A stretch of DNA of 64,000 nt, taken from assembly GCA_964452565.1 (NCBI GenBank), contig CAYVLY010000001.1, forward strand, positions 643,053-707,052. The letters run 5' to 3'. Made by a program: the position numbers and the translations under genes. Origin of the DNA: an uncultured Gammaproteobacteria bacterium. Its GTDB lineage: Bacteria; Patescibacteriota; Patescibacteriia; UBA9934. The notes beneath the pieces were generated by a model. That model did no database searches, was not told the origin of the DNA, and saw only the letters and a program-made list of their open reading frames with translations. This document shows positions 48,447 through 56,813 of this stretch, piece by piece; the first letter of the stretch is position 1, and every line of letters begins with the position of its first letter.

Positions 48447-50267
48447 ATGAAATCAATGCAAATTGTTATGAATGTATTACAAAAGTGGGGAATATTAACC
48501 GCATTACTTGTTTGCGGGTTCTTTTTTATCTCAACTGCAGTTCAAGCTGCATCATATGAGGCTGTACCCGTTACAATCTCAGGAAGTGGTGAGCTAACCA
48601 TGGCCCCGGGCGAAGTCAAAGAGGTGAGCGTTACTTTTTTGAATAGAGGGAATATTACTTGGTTCAACGACGGCGATGGATATATTTCACTATACACATA
48701 CGATCCAAAGTATCGATCAAGTTCATTTGATCCTGGGACATGGCTTGGTCCAGATCGAGTAAAACGGATCATCGAGGCTGTGGTAGAACCTGGAGAAACA
48801 GCGAGTATGACATTTGAGCTGCACGCGCCAGATACTGAGGGGTCTTATGAAGAGGTTTTTCATCTAGCATCTGAAGATACGGCTTGGGTTGACGGTGGGG
48901 AGATAAGTTTTTCCATCAATGTAACAAGCGAGATTCAGGAATCTTTGACTGCTTTAGAGTCTCAAGACGGTGATAGCGGATTAGGAGCTGAGCTAACACT
49001 TTTGAGCGCGAATCAGGTAAAGGCAAAGGCTGGAACACCGATATTACTCACGGCTGGATTTGAGAATATTGGAACAACAAGTTGGAGTTCGTATTCATTG
49101 AATGAAATGGATGTTGCATATGCATCAACATCTGTGAGTTTTGACCATCCATCTTGGTCAGGGACACAACTTGCGTATGTATCTGATGTCATTGCACCAG
49201 GCGAGGTGGCATATGTGAGCTTTGCTTTGATGTCGCCTGATGTTAACGGGACTCACACTGCCGAGTTCCAGTTCTCAGCAAATGGTGAGGATATTGAGAA
49301 TGCGATTGTTAAGCTTCCAGTGGAAGTGACTGGCGGCGCAGCAGCAGTTGATGACGAGGCAGATCAGAGTAGTGAAATTGTTTTGGACGAAGAGCCAATC
49401 ATAAGGGTTGGGATTCTAACTATAGACGAGGAAACTGATTATGAGACAGTGGTTACTTCGTATGAGTCAGATTTTTATCTTGAGGATACAGAGGGTAACT
49501 TGCTGGCCGAGCTCAATGCTGGAGAACTGGTTACGGGCTACTACGATGGAGGCAAGTATTATTTTGACCGTGGACGTGGCCAAGAGGTCTCATCATATGG
49601 ACTTCGATGGGTGCCAGAGGAAGAGAATGCAGTCATGACCATTGTGAACTTTGATTATCGCGAGACGCGCAATGGCGGGTATGCGTACAACACATATCGA
49701 AATATTTTGGAGCTAAGATATAATGATTACAAAGATCGAACTTGGGTTATTAATGAGCTTCCGATCGAACAGTATTTATACGGACTGGCAGAAACATCGA
49801 ATGTGTCTCCGAGCGAATATCAGAAAGCACTTGTTACAGCGGCAAGGACATATGCTTACGCAAATGCTCGTTATGATGTGTCAGAGAGGGGTGAGTATAT
49901 GCATGTGAATGCTTATGCGGACGATCAAGTATATCGTGGTTATGAGCACGAAGAAGGTTCACCAACGATTGTGCAAGCGGTTGTAGATACGCGAGGTGTT
50001 ATCGTGACCTATGATGCTGAGTTGGCTATTACACCGTACTTCTCAAGGTCAGATGGAAGAACAAGGGACTGGTCCGAAGTCTGGGCTGGTTCAAAGGCGT
50101 GGTGTAAGTCAGTGGAGGTTCCTTGGGATGAGGGTAATACGCTTTGGGGGCATGGTATTGGAATGTCAGCACTCGGCGCTCTCCATATGGCAAACGATGG
50201 TTACGAGTGGGACGAGATTTTGAAGTATTTCTATACTGACATTGAACTGGAGCAGTGGTGGGAGTGA
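48447..50267 (+). CDS. SpoIID/LytB-domain protein with N-terminal Ig-like domains
   Basis: INELPIEQYLYGLAE, KALVTAARTYA, DQVY.G, GHGIGMS..GA..MA. Confidence 0.9.
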   Translation: MKSMQIVMNVLQKWGILTALLVCGFFFISTAVQAASYEAVPVTISGSGELTMAPGEVKEVSVTFLNRGNITWFNDGDGYISLYTYDPKYRSSSFDPGTWLGPDRVKRIIEAVVEPGETASMTFELHAPDTEGSYEEVFHLASEDTAWVDGGEISFSINVTSEIQESLTALESQDGDSGLGAELTLLSANQVKAKAGTPILLTAGFENIGTTSWSSYSLNEMDVAYASTSVSFDHPSWSGTQLAYVSDVIAPGEVAYVSFALMSPDVNGTHTAEFQFSANGEDIENAIVKLPVEVTGGAAAVDDEADQSSEIVLDEEPIIRVGILTIDEETDYETVVTSYESDFYLEDTEGNLLAELNAGELVTGYYDGGKYYFDRGRGQEVSSYGLRWVPEEENAVMTIVNFDYRETRNGGYAYNTYRNILELRYNDYKDRTWVINELPIEQYLYGLAETSNVSPSEYQKALVTAARTYAYANARYDVSERGEYMHVNAYADDQVYRGYEHEEGSPTIVQAVVDTRGVIVTYDAELAITPYFSRSDGRTRDWSEVWAGSKAWCKSVEVPWDEGNTLWGHGIGMSALGALHMANDGYEWDEILKYFYTDIELEQWWE

Positions 50268-50357
50268 TTGCCAGAACCCAGCCGAAGGCCCTGAGCCTGT
50301 CGAAGGGAACCCAGAACACAGATTAAATTAAAGGCCGGCGCGAGCCGGTTTTTGAAT

Positions 50358-50571
50358 AAAAAAAAGAAGACCAGCATCGAGGTGCTAGTCTTGAGGGGGT
50401 GAAGTGGACAGCGGACGCTCCGCTGAAACAGGTGCCGCTTCTTGACCTGATCCAGCGTAGCGCCGCTGCCCACCCGGGGCCTGTAGGAAGTTGACCACAC
50501 CTCCACCAAGCGTGGCTCAGATCTTCTCGATCTGACCGTCCAAGACCCCTGTGGCTCCCGTTCCACCCGGT
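50358..50571 (-). ncRNA. putative small structured RNA, unit 2
   Basis: TTGACA(50605-50600) with extended -10 TACTCT, internal stems, terminator shared in sequence with unit 1. Confidence 0.5.
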
Positions 50572-50619
50572 AAGAGTAGAGTAACAGAAACATGTACCTT
50601 GTCAAGGACGGTCTTAAAT

Positions 50620-50850
50620 AAAAGAAGAAGACCAGCATCGAGGTGCTGATCTTGAGGGGGGGTTTGTGAGTGGCGGCCATGCTGGTGGCTCCCGTCCGAA
50701 CCAGTCAGCGCGACCGGCCACCACTCACACGAGGCCTCCGCAGGTCCAAGCTGCCCGCCGTGTCCGCACAAAGCACGGCGTTTTACCCCCCCTGGCAGAG
50801 GGGTAGCCTCCTGCAGTGACCCCGTTGCTCACCCTCCGTGAGATTTGAGT
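50620..50850 (-). ncRNA. putative small structured RNA, unit 1
   Basis: TTGACA(50885-50880)-17-TATAGT, stem 50666-50678/50716-50728, terminator. Confidence 0.5.
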
Positions 50851-50904
50851 ATAAAGACTATAAACAAAAAAGCACAACCTGTCAATAGTTGTGCTGCCTG
50901 ATTC

Positions 50905-51474
50905 TTAAACAAGCTCAGCAAGGAGTTTTTGGAAAAGTCTCAGCGGCATTCCCCTGAGCTGATCCTCAGTAGCTTCAGAGTATTTGATGTATGGCTTGAT
51001 TAAAGGGTCTTCTAACTGAATTCCACCTGCGCAATGGAGTACGTGTCCTTTTTTGATAATCTGATCAACAACCTCGTCCGGAAGCTGTTCTTTGAGAAGG
51101 GTTTTTGAAATATCAAGTCCATCAGCGCGCTCTCCATCTGATGTGTCAATTAAAACCATGCCATTTATTATCTCTGCCGGATGTTTGTGATAGCTTAAAA
51201 TAAAAGACCGAGCTTCTTGCTTGTCTTTTGGCTTTTCGCGGATCTGGCCATCACAAACTACAACCTGGTCAGATGCAATGATAATTGCATCGCCATCAAC
51301 TTGCCCCTCGATCTCATCTGCTTTGGCATGTGCAATCTTCAAAACAAGCTCACGCGGATCATCACATCTTATTGCCTGCTCGTCGATCTCAGGCTTAATA
51401 ATCTCAAAATCATATCCTCGGCGTTCTAGTATCGCCCGCCTGCCTTTAGAAGATGATCCAAGGATCAACCTCAT
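50905..51474 (-). CDS. maf: Maf family nucleotide pyrophosphatase
   Basis: LILGSSSKGRRAIL, IDE, KA, ASDQVV...EKP. Confidence 0.92.
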   Translation of the reverse strand: MRLILGSSSKGRRAILERRGYDFEIIKPEIDEQAIRCDDPRELVLKIAHAKADEIEGQVDGDAIIIASDQVVVCDGQIREKPKDKQEARSFILSYHKHPAEIINGMVLIDTSDGERADGLDISKTLLKEQLPDEVVDQIIKKGHVLHCAGGIQLEDPLIKPYIKYSEATEDQLRGMPLRLFQKLLAELV

Positions 51475-52019
51475 AAACCACTTGATGCGTCTCCATGCCT
51501 TAGCTTGGCTTGCTCAACCAACTCGGAAACCCGAGCCTTAATTTTTACAGGGTCATTTACTCGTTTGAACTCAAAACGTTCACGGGTTCCAGCAGTCTGA
51601 ATGTATACATAACCATAGCTCAAGATTGTTGCTAGGAATCCATGCGTCTCAGCGGTCACATCTTGCACTTGGTTTAAGTGAAGCTCAGATATAACACGGG
51701 AGAATAGTCCTTTTTGTTCTATATTTATCACCCTCCGTGTTGTTACGATCCATGTATCAAGATAATAGTCAGTAAACATCGTCATGAGGATCGCCAGGGT
51801 GAAAAGCATGTAGATCGACAAGAGCAGGGTTCCAAACTGACCCCAATATGTAGTCCAATCAACCCCATTGTCTGTCAAAAGATAATAAAATATAAAGGGG
51901 ATTGCAACAAAGACTGCTGCAAAGAATAGAATCTTGAATATCTCAATCCAGTGTCTGCGCAAAAATAAAATCGGCTTTTCATCACGCTCCTGGTTTGGTA
52001 GCTGTCTTAGGCTGATCAT
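51471..52019 (-). CDS. membrane protein with a bacterial PH domain
   Basis: RRHW, two TM segments, WIVTTRRVINIEQKGLF, YG.V.IQTAG. Confidence 0.85.
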   Translation of the reverse strand: MISLRQLPNQERDEKPILFLRRHWIEIFKILFFAAVFVAIPFIFYYLLTDNGVDWTTYWGQFGTLLLSIYMLFTLAILMTMFTDYYLDTWIVTTRRVINIEQKGLFSRVISELHLNQVQDVTAETHGFLATILSYGYVYIQTAGTRERFEFKRVNDPVKIKARVSELVEQAKLRHGDASSGL

Positions 52020-52273
52020 AGAATTGGATTTAGAATTGAACTTGTTATGTCATCAAGCATGAGCTCCTGAGTCCAGTCATATTGAATAATCAAGACATAG
52101 GAATATCCTATCACTGTGATTGTGGCACCAAGATATAGGAGCACAACAACGGCTGTTTTAAAACCTTGAAGCCCAAATGCAAGCAAGTGCATGACATTGA
52201 ATATTACAAAGATTCCAGCGGCAAGTAGGAATACAGCGTAAAGAATCAAGAAAAAATACATCGGAATGATCAT
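52016..52273 (-). CDS. small two-TM hypothetical protein
   Basis: overlapping operon-like arrangement with ruvB and the PH-domain gene. Confidence 0.7.
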   Translation of the reverse strand: MIIPMYFFLILYAVFLLAAGIFVIFNVMHLLAFGLQGFKTAVVVLLYLGATITVIGYSYVLIIQYDWTQELMLDDITSSILNPIL

Positions 52274-53310
52274 AAAAGTGTGTCAGTTGGTTTTTGTAGA
52301 TCTAAATGTGTATAGCCTTTGTCTGTCACGATGCGCCCGCGGGGTGTGCGTTCGATGAATCCTAGTTGTAGCAGGAATGGCTCGTAGATTTCCTCAAGCG
52401 ACGCTGTTTCTTCTTGAGTGGCTGCAGCTAGGGTTGTTAGTCCAACAGGCCCGCCGTTAAATTTATCAATAATTACTTTCAGAATTCCCCGATCAACTGC
52501 ATCTAATCCAAGTGGGTCGATCGCAAGCATATCAAGTGCTGCGTCTGCGATGTCAGATGTTAGATTTCCGTCATGCTTTACTTCTGAATAGTCTCGAACG
52601 CGTTTTAAAAGTCTGTTTGCGATTCGTGGCGTTTGCCTAGATCGATTTGCAATTGTCTGACATGTTTTGTTGTCGGTCTTAACTCCTAGGATTCCGGCGC
52701 TTCGATCAACAATACTGCCCATCTCTTCATCGTTATAGAAATTTAGTCTGTATGTTGATCCAAATCGATCGCGTAGTGGAGATGATAAGAGCGATGGTCG
52801 GGTGGTGGCTCCGATGATCGTAAACTTCTCAAGCCCAAGTCGAAGCGTCCGTGCTGATGGCCCTTTTCCTACAACTAGATCTAGTGCGAAGTCTTCCATG
52901 GCAGGGTAGAGCACTTCCTCGATCGCTCTATTCATTCTATGGATCTCGTCGATAAATAAGATGTCGCCTTTTTGAAGGTTTGAAAGGATTGCGGCCAAGT
53001 CCCCAACACGTTCTAGGGCTGGCCCACTAGTGATCCGGATATTGCCGTCCATCTCATTTGCAATGATGTGTGCCAGGGTTGTTTTCCCAAGTCCTGGGTT
53101 TCCGTATAAGAGTGTGTGGTCAATCGGTTCGCCACGCTTTTTTGCAGCATTAATAAAAATGTGCAGACCCTGCTTTAAATCCTCCTGACCTACAAATTCC
53201 TCCAAAGTTCGTGGACGCAAGCTTACCTCAAAAGTCTCTTCTTCAGTCTGTGGGGATCCAGAGACCTCTCGGGTTTGTGCTTGCACCTCATCAAAATTCG
53301 ACTCAATCAT
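52270..53310 (-). CDS. ruvB: Holliday junction helicase RuvB
   Basis: [34 protein letters not shown]. Confidence 0.97.
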   Translation of the reverse strand: MIESNFDEVQAQTREVSGSPQTEEETFEVSLRPRTLEEFVGQEDLKQGLHIFINAAKKRGEPIDHTLLYGNPGLGKTTLAHIIANEMDGNIRITSGPALERVGDLAAILSNLQKGDILFIDEIHRMNRAIEEVLYPAMEDFALDLVVGKGPSARTLRLGLEKFTIIGATTRPSLLSSPLRDRFGSTYRLNFYNDEEMGSIVDRSAGILGVKTDNKTCQTIANRSRQTPRIANRLLKRVRDYSEVKHDGNLTSDIADAALDMLAIDPLGLDAVDRGILKVIIDKFNGGPVGLTTLAAATQEETASLEEIYEPFLLQLGFIERTPRGRIVTDKGYTHLDLQKPTDTLL

Positions 53311-53364
53311 ACTGATTCTATTATACAGCAAACAATAAAATCCCACATTGATATGGGATTCTAT

Positions 53365-53450
53365 TGGTACCGCGGGCGGGAATCGAACCCGCACGACCTT
53401 TCGGTCCGGGGATTTTAAGTCCCCTATGTCTACCATTCCACCACCGCGGC
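53365..53450 (-). tRNA. tRNA-Leu(TAA)
   Basis: GCCGCGG..., GGGGA-CTTAAAA-TCCCC anticodon arm, long variable arm, CCA. Confidence 0.97.
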
Positions 53451-53599
53451 AACGGCATGAATATACACTATTTTGTGGTTTTTTTCAAGGTCATGGGCCC
53501 CAGAAAGCAGTGAACCCTACACTGGGTAGTGTAGGGCGCGATCCTCGCGGCACAGAGCCGAGCGGGCGTACGTGAGTGCGGCGAGTCGAGGTACTAGTT

Positions 53600-54217
53600 T
53601 TAAAGCATCTCATGGAGAATGTCGATCACCGGATGGGCGGCGGTTCGGGAGATGGCGACCCATGCTTGCTCGATCATCTGCATGGGTGTGAAGTCGCCAT
53701 GTAGCCGGACCAGGCTGATCTGCTCGTGACTGAAGGCTTTGGTCAGGGGCACGCCAGGACCCCCGTAGTAGGGCCCGTCCGGTCCGTTGGAGCAGGGGAC
53801 GTAGAACTTCGCATACGCAAACGTGATGCTATTGGCGATGAACCAATCCTTCAGGGCGCGCAGTTCAGTTGCGCCGCCATGCAGGACGCGGTAGGCCTCG
53901 TTCGGAACAGGGCCGTCGGGGGTCTTCATCAGCGGCATGGGTCCGAAGATCCAGCAGAGCTCTCTGTTTTCATCGTCGAGCTGCACCAGCTCCAGGAACC
54001 TGCCAGCAAGGTTGGGTCGAACTGCGACGATGCCGCAGTTGTGGCAGATCTCGAAGTCTGCGGTCAGGGGGTCGATTTCTGGTGCCATTTTTCCTCCAAA
54101 TGCTTCCCAAGCAGCTGCCAGGGTCAGCTTTGGTGTTAAGTCCAGACTGCTTCCGAAATGGTCAGCGCCTAGACAGGACTCTGGGATGGCGATCCCAAAG
54201 ACGAAATGATAGCTCAA
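53600..54217 (-). CDS. hypothetical protein (GC-rich ORFan)
   Basis: 205-aa ORF with TTG start, protein-like composition. Confidence 0.6.
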   Translation of the reverse strand: MSYHFVFGIAIPESCLGADHFGSSLDLTPKLTLAAAWEAFGGKMAPEIDPLTADFEICHNCGIVAVRPNLAGRFLELVQLDDENRELCWIFGPMPLMKTPDGPVPNEAYRVLHGGATELRALKDWFIANSITFAYAKFYVPCSNGPDGPYYGGPGVPLTKAFSHEQISLVRLHGDFTPMQMIEQAWVAISRTAAHPVIDILHEML

Positions 54218-54276
54218 AACATTCCATGTGTCAATCCCAGTATAACAAAAACACCCCAGAAAAGTCTGGGGTATCT

Positions 54277-54291
54277 TTGGAGCGGCAGACC
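54277..54291 (-). repeat. duplicated 3' end of tRNA-Gly (att-like)
   Basis: ttggagcggcagacc identical to 55293-55307. Confidence 0.75.
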
Positions 54292-54393
54292 CTAAACCAG
54301 ATGTTGGCGTACGACTACCATTGATTCAGGGCGGGCCGGGTTAGCTTAGCTGCGGTTTGTAAGTGAATAGGTTTTTGGATATCATAATTACAT

Positions 54394-55194
54394 ATGAAAT
54401 TCAAAAATAAAACAGCATTGGTTACAGGTGCAGCGCTTGGATATAAGGATGGAGGTCCATCAATAGGAAGCGCAATAGCTCTTAAACTAGCTTCTGAGGG
54501 AGCAAAGGTGGTCGTTGTCGATATTCTTGAGGAGATGGGGCAGCGTACTGCTGATAAGGTAATAGCAAATGGAGGTGAGGCAGTTTATATAAAAGCAAAT
54601 GTGGCTAATTCAGATGAAGTAAAAAAGGCTGTGCAATACGTAGAAGACAAGTTTGGTGAGCTGCATTGTCTCGTGAACTGTGCTGCGGGATATGAGGGCG
54701 ATATATTCAACTCTGTTATTGATACACCCGAGGAAGATTGGATGGATGTTTTCAACATTAATCTTCATGGGTATTATCGTTTTGCCAAATACACACTTCC
54801 TCTTATTATGAAGAGTGGAGGAGGCACCATTGTGAATGTATCCTCTATGGCCGCTTTTCAAGTTGTGCCAAACTTTGCAGCATATCCTGTAACAAAGGCG
54901 GCTATTAATGGTCTCACCCGCGTTCTAGCCGTTGACCATGCTCCAAAAATAAGAACCAACGCTATTTGTCCAGGATTTGTCAAAATAGAAAATTCAGAAA
55001 ATGATCGTTCTCCAGCAGAGTTGAAGAAATGGCATGCCAAGATCGCAAAGAGCTACCCAGCAAAGCGACTTTGCTCAGTTGACGAGATAGCAGAAGTAGC
55101 TTGTTTTTTGGCATCTGAGGACTCATCTTATATAAATGGAGAGTGTATTCAAGTAGATTCCGGCAGATTTATAGGTGACATCCATCAGTACTAA
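54394..55194 (+). CDS. short-chain dehydrogenase/reductase
   Basis: ALVTGA, NCA, IVNVSS, YPVTK, NAICPG. Confidence 0.93.
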   Translation: MKFKNKTALVTGAALGYKDGGPSIGSAIALKLASEGAKVVVVDILEEMGQRTADKVIANGGEAVYIKANVANSDEVKKAVQYVEDKFGELHCLVNCAAGYEGDIFNSVIDTPEEDWMDVFNINLHGYYRFAKYTLPLIMKSGGGTIVNVSSMAAFQVVPNFAAYPVTKAAINGLTRVLAVDHAPKIRTNAICPGFVKIENSENDRSPAELKKWHAKIAKSYPAKRLCSVDEIAEVACFLASEDSSYINGECIQVDSGRFIGDIHQY

Positions 55195-55293
55195 GGGGCG
55201 ACAAGGCTGGATAACTAAAAAAAGATCCTGGATATAGCCTGAGGTCTTTTTTTGTTCCAAGAAAAACAGCCATCTCGCGATGACTTTTTTTCT

Positions 55294-55368
55294 TGGAGCG
55301 GCAGACCGGGTTCGAACCGGCGACCTCTTCCTTGGCAAGGAAGCGTTCTACCACTGAACTACTGCCGC
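55294..55368 (-). tRNA. tRNA-Gly(GCC)
   Basis: GCGGCAG..., CTTCC-TTGCCAA-GGAAG, GGTTCGAACCC, CCA. Confidence 0.97.
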
Positions 55369-55394
55369 GTGGTAATAACTAATTTTGGTTGTGT

Positions 55395-55444
55395 GGAAGC
55401 GTTCCCTGCCTGCCGGCAGGCAGGTACCACTGAACTACTGCCGC
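55395..55444 (-). pseudogene. 5' fragment of tRNA-Gly interrupted by a 20-bp palindrome
   Basis: GCGGCAGTAGTTCAGTGGTA[CCTGCCTGCCGGCAGGCAGG]GAACGCTTCC. Confidence 0.85.
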
Positions 55445-55541
55445 GTGCGAATAAATAGTATCGAAATGGCGGTCTAACGTCAATAAAAGATGACGCCCGG
55501 CGCGCATGAGGTGCGGCCGGGCGAGATCGAACTGATTCTTC

Positions 55542-55895
55542 TCAGGAGAACTCTGAAGGTAGTAGAAGGGGCGGTTGGGTAGGCTTCTCTCCCGGAGGGG
55601 GGATTCCCGATGGGAACCAGTTCTTGAGCACCATGCAGCGCGGGCTGTGCATCACGTTCGTCGGGCAGGCGGCCTTCTTGAGGTCCAGGCCTCGCGGCGT
55701 CACCCACCAGGGGGTCGCCAGAAGGATCGCATGCTGCTCGGGCCATGGCTGATCTACGAGTGCCAGGCCTTGGGGACGAAGTGCGGCCGGTGGCTCTGCC
55801 GGTGCTACGTACAGCCCAACACTACGGTCAGACTGCGTTGTCGCCAGGGTGATCCCGACGACGAGTGCGAGTGCGAGGCACCAATGTATCGTCAT
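55542..55895 (-). CDS. hypothetical secreted or membrane protein (GC-rich ORFan)
   Basis: AAGGAG RBS, N-terminal hydrophobic segment. Confidence 0.6.
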   Translation of the reverse strand: MTIHWCLALALVVGITLATTQSDRSVGLYVAPAEPPAALRPQGLALVDQPWPEQHAILLATPWWVTPRGLDLKKAACPTNVMHSPRCMVLKNWFPSGIPPPGEKPTQPPLLLPSEFS

Positions 55896-55962
55896 GGGGA
55901 TCTCCTTGAGGTTCAAAAAAAATACTACTGTGAGGTAGTATTTTTGTCAAGAATCGATCACT

Positions 55963-56520
55963 TTATAGCTTTTCGATAACTTCTTCATGCCGCTCAAACG
56001 CATATTGAAGCGCTGCGATTTCGCATTCATGACCCTTGTGCATTTCAACCAGGCCGTCGACATGGCCAAAGAGGCTGTCGATTTTCCTGTTTGTTTCTTT
56101 GAAGCGAGTATTCATATTAATTCGCTGCTCCTGCTGATCAAATTCAAGCCTATCAAATCGAGCATTCATCTGATCTTTTGTGTCTCGCGTTTCTGCTTTT
56201 ATGCGCCCAAGTTCTTCACCATTAATACTTACCCTTTCATTTGTGACTCGAAGTTCGGATTTTATTTGAGCCAGCTGATTGTTTGTTTCTTTTTGTTGCT
56301 TTTCAGCCTTATCGAAACGTTCGTCAATAGCATTGAGCTGTTCATCCATGCGCCGGTCATTTAGATCAAATCTCTGATCCATGGCATCAAATCGTTGATT
56401 TATACCATCGAACCGTTTGTCCATGCCGTCAAATCGCTTGTCTATTTTGTTAAGGCGATTTGTTATTTGTCCAAGAATTCCTTGGATATTGTCAAGAGTT
56501 GTTTGCATACGTTTTCTCAT
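55963..56520 (-). CDS. coiled-coil protein with (x)D(K/Q/E)RF heptad repeats
   Basis: IDKRFDGMDKRFDGINQRFDAMDQRFD. Confidence 0.75.
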   Translation of the reverse strand: MRKRMQTTLDNIQGILGQITNRLNKIDKRFDGMDKRFDGINQRFDAMDQRFDLNDRRMDEQLNAIDERFDKAEKQQKETNNQLAQIKSELRVTNERVSINGEELGRIKAETRDTKDQMNARFDRLEFDQQEQRINMNTRFKETNRKIDSLFGHVDGLVEMHKGHECEIAALQYAFERHEEVIEKL

Positions 56521-56607
56521 ACAAGATTTATTATACACGGTGCGTTTGGGGTGGTTTTCACCCCAAACGCACTTGCACACACTGTGTGCACAGCGGATAT
56601 CAACAGT

Positions 56608-56802
56608 CTAAGTCTGCGGATTGGTTCTCGCCCATCTGATTCCATTATTATTACCCGCTCTGTACTGCTCTTTTGCAACCTCGAACATAAAGTCCTTAAT
56701 ACGCTCTCCCATGTCGGCTGGAATACCCAAATTGTTAATAAGTTCCTGCGCCCGATTGCTTAATCTGCTCATCCACATGCCTTTTGTTTTCTCATCAGTC
56801 AT
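56608..56802 (-). CDS. small hypothetical protein
   Basis: 64-aa ORF directly downstream of the LTD gene (AKEQYRAGN..GIRWAR). Confidence 0.65.
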   Translation of the reverse strand: MTDEKTKGMWMSRLSNRAQELINNLGIPADMGERIKDFMFEVAKEQYRAGNNNGIRWARTNPQT

Positions 56803-56813
56803 ATTTTATCTAG

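Noticed and set aside
50365-50660. CRISPR array from the 35-bp direct repeats
   Set aside because: Only two copies 261 bp apart, terminator-like, and no cas genes
50231-50680. 149-aa ORF with repeated LK(I/T)STSMLVFFF
   Set aside because: The repeat is the translated terminator; the ORF runs through a promoter and two terminators
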